A stretch of DNA of 60,962 nucleotides, counting the filler. It is 5 parts of 5 records of this genome, joined end to end, with 100 filler letters (N's around TTAATTAATTAA, not from the genome) between each part and the next. Parts side by side here need not be neighbours in the genome. Positions count along the whole stretch, not along the records: positions 1 to 20,739 come from DRR723986_6886; 4 more parts are not named here. One strand, 5' to 3'. Both the position numbers and the translations under genes were made by a program. The notes beneath the pieces were generated by a model, which was not told where the DNA came from, made no database searches, and saw only the letters and a program-made list of their open reading frames with translations. Numbering within the stretch: the first letter of the stretch is position 1; each line of letters begins with the position of its first letter. Shown in pieces: positions 10,295-20,264 of the stretch.

Positions 10295-11323
10295 TTAGGT
10301 AGTTGCTGCCTCAAGTGGCGCGTCGGACTTCTCAGGCACCTTTTCCAGGATTTCTAGCAGTACGTTATCAACGTCAATGCCTTCGGCCTGGGCTTCGAAG
10401 TTGAGCAGCGTTCGGTGACGCATGCTCGGCAGGTAAACGCGACGCACGTCCTCAAAACTCACGTTGAAACGCCCATCCAGCAACGCTCGCACTTTAGCGG
10501 CCAAGGCAAGTGTTTGCGCACCACGAGGGCTGCTGCCCCAGCGAACGAACTGATTCGTAACATCGACCGCCATTGGGCCTTCTGGGTGCGTCGCCAGCAC
10601 AAGCCTGACGATGTAATCCTGAACGTGACCAGCCAGAATGACCTCACGCACGAGTTGCTGCCACTTGCGAATCTCCTCGCCGTCCATGATCTTGCCCGTT
10701 TCGATCACCGTACCACGCGTGGTTCGATCGACGATCGTATTCAGTTCATCTCGAGTGCTATAGCCGACTACCAACTTGAACAGAAACCGGTCCAATTGAG
10801 CTTCAGGCAGTGGGTAGGTTCCCTCTTGCTCGATAGGGTTCTGGGTTGCGAGCACGAAGAACGGTTTATCGAGCGTGTAGCGATGTCCCGCCACGGTGAC
10901 GGTTCCCTCCTGCATCGTTTCGAGCAGAGCGGATTGTGTTTTCGGTGTAGCTCGGTTGATTTCATCGGCCAGACAGATCTGCGTGAAAATTGGGCCCTTC
11001 TGAAACTCGAACACTTTCCGCCCGTCATCCTTTTCGACAATCATGTTGGTGCCCAAGATGTCGGCGGGCATCAGGTCAGGCGTGAACTGGATGCGCGAAA
11101 AATCAAGGCTCAGCGTTTCGGCCAACGTCCGCACGAGCATTGTCTTTCCGAGTCCCGGCACTCCTTCCAGCAGGCAGTGCCCACCGACAAACATGCTCGT
11201 CAACACACCGTGAACGATGTCATCGTGCCCGACAATGACTTTACCAATCTCGTCGCGAACCGCCTCGTACCGGCTCTTGAACTCATCTGCCTGCTGCTGC
11301 ATCTGTTCAGCGACGTTGGACAT
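10295..11323 (-). CDS. moxR: MoxR-family AAA+ ATPase
   Basis: LEGVPGLGKT, RIQFTPDLMPADILG, LADEINRA, ATQNPIEQEGTYPLPEAQLDRF, GSSPRG. Confidence 0.95.
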   Translation of the reverse strand: MSNVAEQMQQQADEFKSRYEAVRDEIGKVIVGHDDIVHGVLTSMFVGGHCLLEGVPGLGKTMLVRTLAETLSLDFSRIQFTPDLMPADILGTNMIVEKDDGRKVFEFQKGPIFTQICLADEINRATPKTQSALLETMQEGTVTVAGHRYTLDKPFFVLATQNPIEQEGTYPLPEAQLDRFLFKLVVGYSTRDELNTIVDRTTRGTVIETGKIMDGEEIRKWQQLVREVILAGHVQDYIVRLVLATHPEGPMAVDVTNQFVRWGSSPRGAQTLALAAKVRALLDGRFNVSFEDVRRVYLPSMRHRTLLNFEAQAEGIDVDNVLLEILEKVPEKSDAPLEAATT

Positions 11324-11460
11324 GGGGGTTTCTCGTTTACGAAAGGTGTCACTAGTTGTTCAATTGCCCAAGAAAGATTCCCGGGAATGTCTCTTGTAAT
11401 TACAGGTGCATCAGTATGCGAAAGACCGGAAGTAGCTGATTCTGCCGTCGCCGGAAATGG

Positions 11461-14400
11461 TTACTTCTTGTCATCATCCTGGTTCGACTTGGCGGCTCGT
11501 TTAGCGGCCAGCAAGCGAGAAGTATACCCGCTCTCGTTCTCTTGGTTGATCTGCGGAGAAGCGGTAGAGCCAGTTTTGGGTTTTTCTTCGCGCGAGGGTG
11601 TTTCGGTCAGCGACTCCAGATCCGCTGCCCCGATCGACTCGCTGGCTTCGAAACGAGTGGCCGCCTTGGCTGATTCCATCTCGCTAGAAACTTCGGTCTT
11701 CTTGCTCTTCAGCCTCTGTAGGCTTTCCTGCCGCTGCTCGTCCTTGGGTGACTCTTTCCGACGCACCAGCTCGGCCGCCTTTTGCATTGGATAAGCGTAA
11801 TTGACGGCAACTCGGCGAACGAAAACGTCACCGAACAAACAAAACGCTCCGACGAGCAAACACCAATGCCAGATATCCTGCATGCTCATCGCTCGTGGCA
11901 AACCACCTCGATAGGCGTTCATGTCGACGAGCTGCTCGAGGTTTTCGCGTTCGAGCGGATCCGCCATCACGCCCGCTTTACCGCCCTCTGGTTTGAGATT
12001 CGCTAACCGCTCAAGTGCAGCAAAATTCGTTTGGCGAATACGGTACTCGTCAGAAAACGGCACACTTGCACCTGTGGTGACCGGAGCCATACCGGCCCCA
12101 GGTATTACATTTACCAAGTAGCTGCCCGCACCGGAAGTGTCGAACTCGCCCGTGTACCGCCCCGGTGCGACTTGTCGCATGACAAGCGGCATTGGTTTCA
12201 AGTCTGGTCCAACGGCAACGGCCTGCATGTCGAGGAAGTTGAGAAACTCATCGTCCTGGTCCAAGGCGTTGACGACGACTTGGACTTTGCTGTCGCTGAC
12301 GTTGGTCGCCACCGAAAATTGTGCATCACTCTTGGTTGGCCGCATTGCCCAGCGGACTAACTGCGAGAAGAACTGGTCGTAGCCGCCCCACTGAGTCCAT
12401 TCGCCAGCCCATCGCTTGCCAGCGTCGCTGGTGAAAACGGCTGTTCTACCGAGTCCGTAAGTCCAGGTCGCTAGCACAGTTTGATTCTCTGCCTCGCCGG
12501 GTTTATTGGATCGAATGGGCACTTCGACCAGTGGGCTGTCTTTGACACTGGTCAGGACAAAGCCGCGGAGATTTGGTAACTCACGCGGCAGGCCTTGAAC
12601 GATTTCATGTGCCGACACAACCTGAGGCTGCAGGCCACCATCCGGCTCGTAGACAAGCGGCCGTGAAACACGCATCGCCTCACGCTGAAAAATCTTCGGA
12701 AGGGCCGACGGATTGGTGGCAACGTAGTAATTCCCACCGGTCACAGTTGCAATGTTTTGCAATGTCGAGTGGCCCGCCGGTCCGTGCGAACCGACTGCAA
12801 CCGTTGATATCTTGATTTGGTTGCTCGCATACTGGTTAAGGATTCCAGTAGGAGGCGGCGTGGGGTCACCGTCACTGATGATGATCATGTGCTTGATCGA
12901 TGCCGGCGTGGCTACCAACGACTTCAATGCCATTTGCATTGCTGGCTGGAAGTCTGGCATGTCGCCGGGCGTCATCGACCGCAACCGACTCACCATCGCT
13001 TGACGGTTCGGTCCGACCCGCATCATGCCATTCTTGCCGCCCCAAATCCAATTGTCGCCAAGATTCCCGTAAACGGCCACGCCGCAGTAGTCCATCGGAC
13101 CAAGCACTTCCAAGGCGGCCTGCCCGATTCGTTTCTGCCAATAATTCCCTTGTGCAATTTCACAGGCGTGCAGGATCATTGCGAGGGCACCGACTGCTTC
13201 GATTTTCTTGTTCTTGATTTGAAAATCGACCGGCATAGCCTCTTCAATAACCGTGTTCGCCCAGCCTCCCGCTCCAAAGGAATTCGGGCTTCCGAGCATG
13301 ATGAGCCCGGAACCAAACTGTTCCGTGTTGCTGACCAGCATCTCAAGCTGCTCGTCGGAGAAGTTCGAGATCTCGGCCGCCGATTCACCACCAGATCGTG
13401 GCACACCGGCCAGGATCACACAGTCGTATCCCTGCAATTCTGCCAAGGAGGTGAAAAGTTGATCGCTGGATTGCGTATCAACTTCGATTTCGCTTCGACG
13501 CAGTGATTGAATTAAGGCCTCGAATTCCCCCGGTGCATTAAAGTCCTCAATAAAGAGCACTCGTCCTTTTCCGCGAACGTAAGTAAACGCGTCGGCACGG
13601 TTGTTCTGCTGCAGAGCGTCATCGGCGGCGTTGTCGGGCACAAACTCGGCCCGGTACGTGTAACCGGCCGCTTGTTCGATTGTGTCGCGGATTGGAAAGA
13701 CGTTGACGTCCTTATCCAGTTCAACCGCTTCATCCAAGATAATCTGCTCACGAGCCCCTACACTGCGCAGCACCCGGAGTCGCCCGGGCACGGGGCTCTT
13801 TTCGCCTTCTTGGAAACGATTAACAACAACGCGAGTCTCGAAGGGCTGTCCACGCCGTATGTTCGGGGGAAGGTCGACCTTCTCAACCAGGATCTCAGCG
13901 TTCGAGGAGATCCGAATGGGCACTACATCGATGCCGATGCCGGATTCGATCATCGATTGGGCAACCTTGGTCGCCCGCCCGAGCGTTTCGACTCCGTCGG
14001 TGACGACCACAACCCGCCGCGCGGTATCTTCCGGGAACGAAGCCTGAGCCAACTTGAGAGCTGATTCGAGATTCGTTGCATCCGTTCGGCCTAAGTAACT
14101 TTCGAGTCCGTTGACAACTGGCAGATCATCGTCGAACGGTGGAAACTCAATCGCGGCTTCTCTTCCAAAGACGATCAAGCCACTCCGATCACGCCGCTTG
14201 TCATTGCGGTGCTTCTTGACGTTATTGATGGCGTACTTCAGCATCACTTCACGTTTTGCGCGAGGGATACTATCACTCTGATCTAACAGATAGACGACCG
14301 TCATCTTGTCGCTGATCCAAACCCATTGGACTCCGGCGATTGCAAAGATGATCAATAGCAGCAGGACGGACCGAAGAAACAACGCGGCGAACCGCCGACC

Positions 14401-14538
14401 TTTGCCCAACGACGCCATGGGGCCGAAGCTGAAGATCCACAGCAGAGGAATCAGTACCAGCAGCGCGAGCGCCCACACGTATTCAAACGAGATCGAGACG
14501 TTGGTCAGGGCACGAAACCAGTCGTAAAAGCGTTCCAT
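11461..14538 (-). CDS. Membrane-anchored double-VWA / GATase-like domain protein
   Basis: Two N-terminal TM helices, VWA with MIDAS DQSDS, GATase1-like middle region (YDCVILAGVP...GSPNSFGAGGW), second VWA (IIISDGD) and a C-terminal TM. Start chosen at MERFYDW; the ORF track extends to 14760. Confidence 0.85.
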   Translation of the reverse strand: MERFYDWFRALTNVSISFEYVWALALLVLIPLLWIFSFGPMASLGKGRRFAALFLRSVLLLLIIFAIAGVQWVWISDKMTVVYLLDQSDSIPRAKREVMLKYAINNVKKHRNDKRRDRSGLIVFGREAAIEFPPFDDDLPVVNGLESYLGRTDATNLESALKLAQASFPEDTARRVVVVTDGVETLGRATKVAQSMIESGIGIDVVPIRISSNAEILVEKVDLPPNIRRGQPFETRVVVNRFQEGEKSPVPGRLRVLRSVGAREQIILDEAVELDKDVNVFPIRDTIEQAAGYTYRAEFVPDNAADDALQQNNRADAFTYVRGKGRVLFIEDFNAPGEFEALIQSLRRSEIEVDTQSSDQLFTSLAELQGYDCVILAGVPRSGGESAAEISNFSDEQLEMLVSNTEQFGSGLIMLGSPNSFGAGGWANTVIEEAMPVDFQIKNKKIEAVGALAMILHACEIAQGNYWQKRIGQAALEVLGPMDYCGVAVYGNLGDNWIWGGKNGMMRVGPNRQAMVSRLRSMTPGDMPDFQPAMQMALKSLVATPASIKHMIIISDGDPTPPPTGILNQYASNQIKISTVAVGSHGPAGHSTLQNIATVTGGNYYVATNPSALPKIFQREAMRVSRPLVYEPDGGLQPQVVSAHEIVQGLPRELPNLRGFVLTSVKDSPLVEVPIRSNKPGEAENQTVLATWTYGLGRTAVFTSDAGKRWAGEWTQWGGYDQFFSQLVRWAMRPTKSDAQFSVATNVSDSKVQVVVNALDQDDEFLNFLDMQAVAVGPDLKPMPLVMRQVAPGRYTGEFDTSGAGSYLVNVIPGAGMAPVTTGASVPFSDEYRIRQTNFAALERLANLKPEGGKAGVMADPLERENLEQLVDMNAYRGGLPRAMSMQDIWHWCLLVGAFCLFGDVFVRRVAVNYAYPMQKAAELVRRKESPKDEQRQESLQRLKSKKTEVSSEMESAKAATRFEASESIGAADLESLTETPSREEKPKTGSTASPQINQENESGYTSRLLAAKRAAKSNQDDDKK

Positions 14539-14813
14539 CTGCTCTGCCTGAAACGTTATGAAAAGCGACTTTGCGAAGGCGTCAGCTCGACCAGCCTCGT
14601 GAATCGCCGAAAATGCACTTCCCCAGTGTATCACATTCGCATTACACCAGAACAGGCTTCCAGCAGAACATTGGCACAACACACTCATGACAGCCATAGC
14701 TGATGGGCGGACGCTTGAACCGCGAATTCGCGAATTCGCTTGGGCTATAATCTGCGTCAAAGAATTTGCTTGTTCGAAGTGCGTCTGAGCTTTCCTGATC
14801 GGTATTTATTGTT

Positions 14814-15461
14814 ATGTCAAACGACTACGACGTCAGTCACTGGATCCAGCTCGTCAAGGATGGCGATACAGAGGCGGCAAACGAGCTGTGGGCGCATTAC
14901 TTTGATCGCCTCGTCCGCGCTGTCCGAGCTCGTTTGGGAGGGCAAAACCGGGCTGTCTCAGACGAAGAGGACATTGTGCTGAGCGTATTCAACAGCTTCT
15001 ACGATGCCGCACAGCTAGGCCGCTTTCCTGATCTAGCCGATCGAGACAGCCTATGGCAGGTCCTGCTAAGGATGTCCGTTCGCAAAGTTGTCGACAAACG
15101 GCGGCACGATCAACGGCAGCGGCGAGGCGGAGAGCAGCAACCGCAGTCTATCGACCTTCACGCGGAAAATCGGGCTTTGCACGAAATCGTTGGAGATGAA
15201 CCTACTCCGGAAATGGTCGTCGTGATGCAGGAGGCCGTCGAGCAACTTTTTTCGCATCTGGGTGTCGGCCAGCTTCGAGAAATAGCGGGTGCCAAGTTAG
15301 AAGGGTATTCCAATGCCGAACTTGCTCGCAAATTTGAGTGTTCTGAACGAACAATTGAGCGTCGGCTGCATCTGATCCGCGAAAAGTGTCAGCAGGAGTT
15401 AATCGATAAAGATGAACATACGACAACGAAGACTATCGATTGCCGCACTCGAGAAAATTGA
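14814..15461 (+). CDS. ECF sigma factor of the planctomycete kinase-associated type
   Basis: Sigma2 (AANELWAHYFDRLVRAVR...DEEDIVLSVFNSF) and sigma4 (LEGYSNAELARKFECSERTIERRL). Confidence 0.9.
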   Translation: MSNDYDVSHWIQLVKDGDTEAANELWAHYFDRLVRAVRARLGGQNRAVSDEEDIVLSVFNSFYDAAQLGRFPDLADRDSLWQVLLRMSVRKVVDKRRHDQRQRRGGEQQPQSIDLHAENRALHEIVGDEPTPEMVVVMQEAVEQLFSHLGVGQLREIAGAKLEGYSNAELARKFECSERTIERRLHLIREKCQQELIDKDEHTTTKTIDCRTREN

Positions 15462-17208
15462 CGATGTCTGTGCCCAGTATGAACAGGGCTGGCAGCGTGG
15501 TGCGCCCGAGCCCATTGAATCCATTGTTGAAAAGAACAAGGAGTCACTCGACCGCAATGTGCTGCTAGCTGAGCTGATTGTTCTAGAGGTCGACTACCGA
15601 AGTCGGCGTGGCGAAAAGCCGGCCATTGAAGAGTTTAAAGAACGGTTTCCGGATGACCACACCATTGTCAGCGACGCACTCGCCGATAGAGTGCCACCTC
15701 GAGGGGCATTTCAACCACCTTCCATCGACTCACTCTCAGAACTTTTCCCAAATTTGCAGATCGAAAAACTGGTTGGTGCCGGAGGAATGGGGGCCGTCTA
15801 TAAGGCTCGGCAGCACGGATTAGATCGGGTTGTTGCACTGAAAGTGTTGCCGGAAGAGTTTAGCCATGACGTAAAGTTTGCGATGCGGTTTACTCGCGAA
15901 GCTCGCACGCTCGCGAAACTGAACCACCCAAATATTGTGAGCGTTTATGAGTTTGGTCTAGCCAACGAAACTTACTATTTCCTCATGGAGTACGTGGACG
16001 GATCGACTTTACGCGAAGTGGCCCATTCGCAAGCACTTGCCCCTGAGTACGCTTTGGCGATAGTGCCCCGATTGTGCGACGCACTGCAGTATGCACACGA
16101 AAACTCCGTGATTCACCGAGATATAAAACCTGAGAATATCTTGATGTCAGTCGACGGAGCGGTGAAAATTGCCGACTTCGGGCTGTCCCGAATTCTTGAC
16201 GAAAGCCAATCTTTGGCCCTCACCGCAACGCACCAAGTCATGGGGACGCCACGCTACATGGCCCCGGAGCAACTCGAGGGTTCACACAGTGTTGATCATC
16301 GAGCCGACATCTATTCCCTCGGAGTCGTGTTCTACGAAATGCTGACCGGCGAGTTGCCAATCGGAAGATTTGCCTTGCCTAGCCAGAAGGTGCAGGTCGA
16401 TGTTCGTCTCGACGAAGTTGTCCTACGCACACTCGAAAAGGAACCTCAGTTGCGATACCAAGCCGCGGTGGAAATAAAGTCCGATCTCAGCTCAATTGCC
16501 TCCACCGCGAGCATCGATAGCCTGGCCAATCGTGGCACGAATGAGACTACCGATTATACGATTCAGGCAAAGCGTGAAAGTTCGCCCAGCAGTCTCCAAG
16601 AACAAGAAGTCGCAGCTAGACTCTTGATCAATCGACGTCAGCTCATGAGTCGTGTGCGAAATGCTCTCAAACCGTTGTTCTGGGGCCAGATGTTGCAGAT
16701 GCTAATCGGCATATTGCTGATCGCAATCGGCGCACGCTGTTGGACGCAGAACACCCACTTCGGAGCTGAGTCACCGCTGGCGCTCTACCGTTTGGTGTGC
16801 GGTGTTTCCTTGCATATTTACGGCATTGTGCTAATCGGTGCCGCAGCTGCTGTGCTTACACGAATCAGACGTGTTGACTGTGCCAAGCCCGTGGTGACCG
16901 TCCGCGAGTCGCTCGACACTATTAAACGCGTTTATTTAGGCGTTGGCTTTTTGATCGGTTTGCCCTGGTGGCTGATGTGGTTACCTTTGGTAGCTGCCGT
17001 TGGTTTTGATGAGGTCCTCTTGCCCGGCAGCCTTTGGGTGTCCTTAGTTGTAGGAATTCTGGGACTGTTAGCCTCGTTTCGGTTGTATGCTCGCCTGCAG
17101 CGTTCAACCAGCGCCGCCGGAGAGAAGTGGCGAACCCAATTCGCAGGCAATAGTCTGATCCACGCCCATCAAGCACTCGACGAAATCGAAGCTGCAAACA
17201 TCGCTTGA
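15412..17208 (+). CDS. Hanks-type Ser/Thr kinase with a C-terminal multi-TM domain
   Basis: GAGGMG, VALK, HRDIKPEN, DFG, GTPRYMAPE, DIYSLG; about four TM helices at the C-terminus. Overlaps the ECF gene by 50 nt. Confidence 0.93.
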   Translation: MNIRQRRLSIAALEKIDDVCAQYEQGWQRGAPEPIESIVEKNKESLDRNVLLAELIVLEVDYRSRRGEKPAIEEFKERFPDDHTIVSDALADRVPPRGAFQPPSIDSLSELFPNLQIEKLVGAGGMGAVYKARQHGLDRVVALKVLPEEFSHDVKFAMRFTREARTLAKLNHPNIVSVYEFGLANETYYFLMEYVDGSTLREVAHSQALAPEYALAIVPRLCDALQYAHENSVIHRDIKPENILMSVDGAVKIADFGLSRILDESQSLALTATHQVMGTPRYMAPEQLEGSHSVDHRADIYSLGVVFYEMLTGELPIGRFALPSQKVQVDVRLDEVVLRTLEKEPQLRYQAAVEIKSDLSSIASTASIDSLANRGTNETTDYTIQAKRESSPSSLQEQEVAARLLINRRQLMSRVRNALKPLFWGQMLQMLIGILLIAIGARCWTQNTHFGAESPLALYRLVCGVSLHIYGIVLIGAAAAVLTRIRRVDCAKPVVTVRESLDTIKRVYLGVGFLIGLPWWLMWLPLVAAVGFDEVLLPGSLWVSLVVGILGLLASFRLYARLQRSTSAAGEKWRTQFAGNSLIHAHQALDEIEAANIA

Positions 17209-17299
17209 TTGCGGTCGCACGCTGATCAATCGTTATACTTGGTCGCCAGTAGTGGTTCCGCTGAGACGAAGCATCTCACAGCCGGCCTCGATACTCTTC

Positions 17300-17326
17300 T
17301 GTGAGCCGCAACTCGTCAGCGGCCGG
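17300..17326 (+). repeat. Dispersed REP-like element, 25/27 identical to 20711-20737
   Basis: TGTGAGCCGCAACTCGTCAGCGGCCGG versus TGTGAGCCGCGACGCGTCAGCGGCCGG. Confidence 0.75.
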
Positions 17327-17397
17327 CCTCTCAAATAGCATGCCGATGGAAGATCTGGGTACTCTCAAGCAAGAACGAAACCACTACCGCATACTCT

Positions 17398-20091
17398 CTA
17401 CACTCCGCCGCCCCACAGTTGGTATTCATCATCATCATCGTCATCAAACAGCCAGCTAAGGTCGACATGATTTTCACGGCTGCTCGCTTCACCCTCGGCT
17501 TCAGCACCGGGTGATTGATTGAGTCGATTGATGATGATGAGGGCGTCGATCGGTGTGACTACGTCGTCGTTGTTGACGTCGGGCCTGGAACGCGGATTGG
17601 AAATGCCACTGTTTAGCTGGTTCACAATCATAAGTACATCGCTTGGAGAAACAGAATGATCACGATTAACATCGAGACGGTCATACCAGTTGTGCATTTG
17701 GCTCTTTGTGTGACCAAACAACCGGTACACGGCCCCCATTTCGTTGAATCCACGCCTCTCGATTAGGCTTAGCCATACACTTCCATCATCAGCAAACTCC
17801 AATCCGGTAACTGTTTCTCCGTTCGGTGAGAAATCATAGTCGCGAACTCCAGAGTCGCCCAGCGCATCCAAGGCCTCTCCGCTGTAATCGTATGCTAGTA
17901 GGCGAACTTCAGCTGAGTGGCGTCCGTGTGCGTTTGCCAAAAGGATCACACCAGATCGAACCGCAATCTCCGGTGCATCATGGGCAACGTTCCACTCCCA
18001 CGGCAAATCCAACTTTCCACCTGAAGAAAAACTGGAGTCGAGCCTTCCCTGCGGATCAACTTTTACTAGAAGGTATCCTTGCGTGAAATCCGAATAGTAG
18101 AGTCGGACAATCCCATACAGGTTGCCACGTTCATCAATCTCTCCCGTCACCCAAACGTGCCGCTCAAGCTCTTCTGGTGCAGCGAGTCCGTTTTCACCAA
18201 ACCCGGAAACGGCCTGTCCGTTGGCGTCGAATGCATGAAAAACTGAGTCGCGATAGACCAGCACAACGCCAAGCGATGTCGAAACCATAACATCAAGGAC
18301 AGCTGAAGGTTTCTCGTATAGACGCAGGACTCCTCCGTCAGCAAATCGAGGGTCCAGTTCCCCGTCGGCTGTAATCCGGATAATGGCAGCAACTCCGATG
18401 CCCTCCGAGACTTCAGCAGTTTTACGGTGGTTGCTGGCAACAATTGTCACTGTTCCTTCATCGTCGACACGGGCGAATAACTCGTTCGCTCGCGGCGTAC
18501 TTACCACAATGTGGCCATCAGTACCGAAGCTTATATCGGGCGTACTATCTTCACTGAACTTCCGGATTTCAATCGAGTACGGATTCGCTCCAGCTCCATT
18601 GATGACATACCATCCGCCATCACTTGCTCCAATGGTGACCGGACTAAGGACTTTAGTGTCGCCAAGAGTGGAAGTTTGGATTGTGCCTGTGGGAGCTCCG
18701 ACGTGGACTCTGCCGGTATGGACAAGCGGCGAACCGAAACCTTGCCAGCCAGCCGCAATCAAGGGCGATCCCCGATGTGTACGCGCCAACTCGATTGCGT
18801 CGGTCTTGCTGACGCCTGTTGTGCGGTCAGTTCCGCGTCTACCAGAATCTCCCCAAGACTGATCGACCTCTCCTTGGGGAGTAAAGCGAACTACTAATCC
18901 GTCATGCTTCCAGTTGTTTCCTGGTTCAGGCTCGTGCGTTCCGAGCCAGTACAGATTGCCATCTGCATCGCGGTGTAATCCACGACTGAACACCGACTGG
19001 TCAAGTGCAAACTGCGCCAGCCCTGAAACTCCGAACGAATGGTTCATACTTCCATCAGCAGAGATGTTGGCGATAACCATTCGAGATCCACGATTTTCAA
19101 CCCAAGTCTGTTCGATGAACAACTCGCCGTCTGCGGTTGGGTGAACGAACATGTTCAGCTCATAACGCCCCTTGGCAACCTCGAAGTGGAAGACTCCTTC
19201 GTCACCAAATGATTTGTCCAACTCCATTGCGATGGTGTACTTCGAAACTGTGTATTCGCGAGAGTCGGTGCCGTTCGTTGCGAAAACAGTAAAGTATGAA
19301 TCTCCCAAAGGAGACATGTACATCCGCTCGAGAAGCGGAGCCTCGACTGCGCGGACACCATCTTCCCCGAAGGTCTCATCGGCCGAGCCATCAGCGTGCA
19401 ATCTCACAATGACACTCATCGAAGTTCCAGATTCTTGCCGAGAACCGAACAGCAAGACTCTACCGTCCGGCGCTACCAAAAACTGCGGCTGCAGTACTAC
19501 TGGCAAGCGAATTTCGCCATCGTTACCAAAGCTTACATCTAGCTTTCCAGCATTCGTAAATCGCCTCAACACGGTCTCTTGATTGTCCCGACCGAGAGTA
19601 AGAAATCCTCCGTCAGGATGAGCGATACTGTCGTACGACAATCCACCGCCGAGGCGCAGCAGCCCTTGATCACCGAAACTTTCGTCGACAATGCCTTCGC
19701 TATCGAACGCTACAAAGCTTCTATTGTTTAGTTGCCCCGTCTCAACAACGATGTTGCCATTCGAAATACGGAGCACACTGGCAATTGCCTCTGCGTGGTC
19801 ACGATCAAACCACTCGTGCATGCCGCCGACTCCAAAGTCGCTCTCTAGCTGCCCAGCTTCATCGATTTTCGAGAATCCGATAGCAGAACCACTGCCAGAT
19901 CCGATTGACTCGACCAATAGTTGAGAATCCTCCAACGCTACGATCGCTGCGACATACTCGGTCCGATTCACGACTGGAAAAGAATCCTCAAATCGTCCAT
20001 CATTCGCAAAGTTCATGTCGACGTCACCGAAGGTGAGGCACAATCGTGGCTCCATCTCTTCAACATGCATCCTTCGCGGGCGGTACTTCAT
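17398..20091 (-). CDS. Planctomycete extracellular protein with delta-60 (DUF5122-like) repeats and a dockerin-like domain
   Basis: N-terminal RRMHVEEMEPRLCLT export motif, about 12 G-x-LD-x-SFG-x-x-G repeats, two DVNxD EF-hand-like repeats followed by EAEGE. Confidence 0.85.
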   Translation of the reverse strand: MKYRPRRMHVEEMEPRLCLTFGDVDMNFANDGRFEDSFPVVNRTEYVAAIVALEDSQLLVESIGSGSGSAIGFSKIDEAGQLESDFGVGGMHEWFDRDHAEAIASVLRISNGNIVVETGQLNNRSFVAFDSEGIVDESFGDQGLLRLGGGLSYDSIAHPDGGFLTLGRDNQETVLRRFTNAGKLDVSFGNDGEIRLPVVLQPQFLVAPDGRVLLFGSRQESGTSMSVIVRLHADGSADETFGEDGVRAVEAPLLERMYMSPLGDSYFTVFATNGTDSREYTVSKYTIAMELDKSFGDEGVFHFEVAKGRYELNMFVHPTADGELFIEQTWVENRGSRMVIANISADGSMNHSFGVSGLAQFALDQSVFSRGLHRDADGNLYWLGTHEPEPGNNWKHDGLVVRFTPQGEVDQSWGDSGRRGTDRTTGVSKTDAIELARTHRGSPLIAAGWQGFGSPLVHTGRVHVGAPTGTIQTSTLGDTKVLSPVTIGASDGGWYVINGAGANPYSIEIRKFSEDSTPDISFGTDGHIVVSTPRANELFARVDDEGTVTIVASNHRKTAEVSEGIGVAAIIRITADGELDPRFADGGVLRLYEKPSAVLDVMVSTSLGVVLVYRDSVFHAFDANGQAVSGFGENGLAAPEELERHVWVTGEIDERGNLYGIVRLYYSDFTQGYLLVKVDPQGRLDSSFSSGGKLDLPWEWNVAHDAPEIAVRSGVILLANAHGRHSAEVRLLAYDYSGEALDALGDSGVRDYDFSPNGETVTGLEFADDGSVWLSLIERRGFNEMGAVYRLFGHTKSQMHNWYDRLDVNRDHSVSPSDVLMIVNQLNSGISNPRSRPDVNNDDVVTPIDALIIINRLNQSPGAEAEGEASSRENHVDLSWLFDDDDDDEYQLWGGGV

Positions 20092-20264
20092 GGTGTATTC
20101 CTAATCACTGAATTTCGTCGGCATAGCTCACCTGCGACGGAATATTCTAGTTTCCGCGAAGCCCCTTGTCACGCTGATCGCGGACTAGGCACGCGCGTCA
20201 CTCCATAAGCCCACGCTTTCCGCTTGCTTGCTTCGAGGATCGGTGTTGTACGGAAGGGAGAAGC

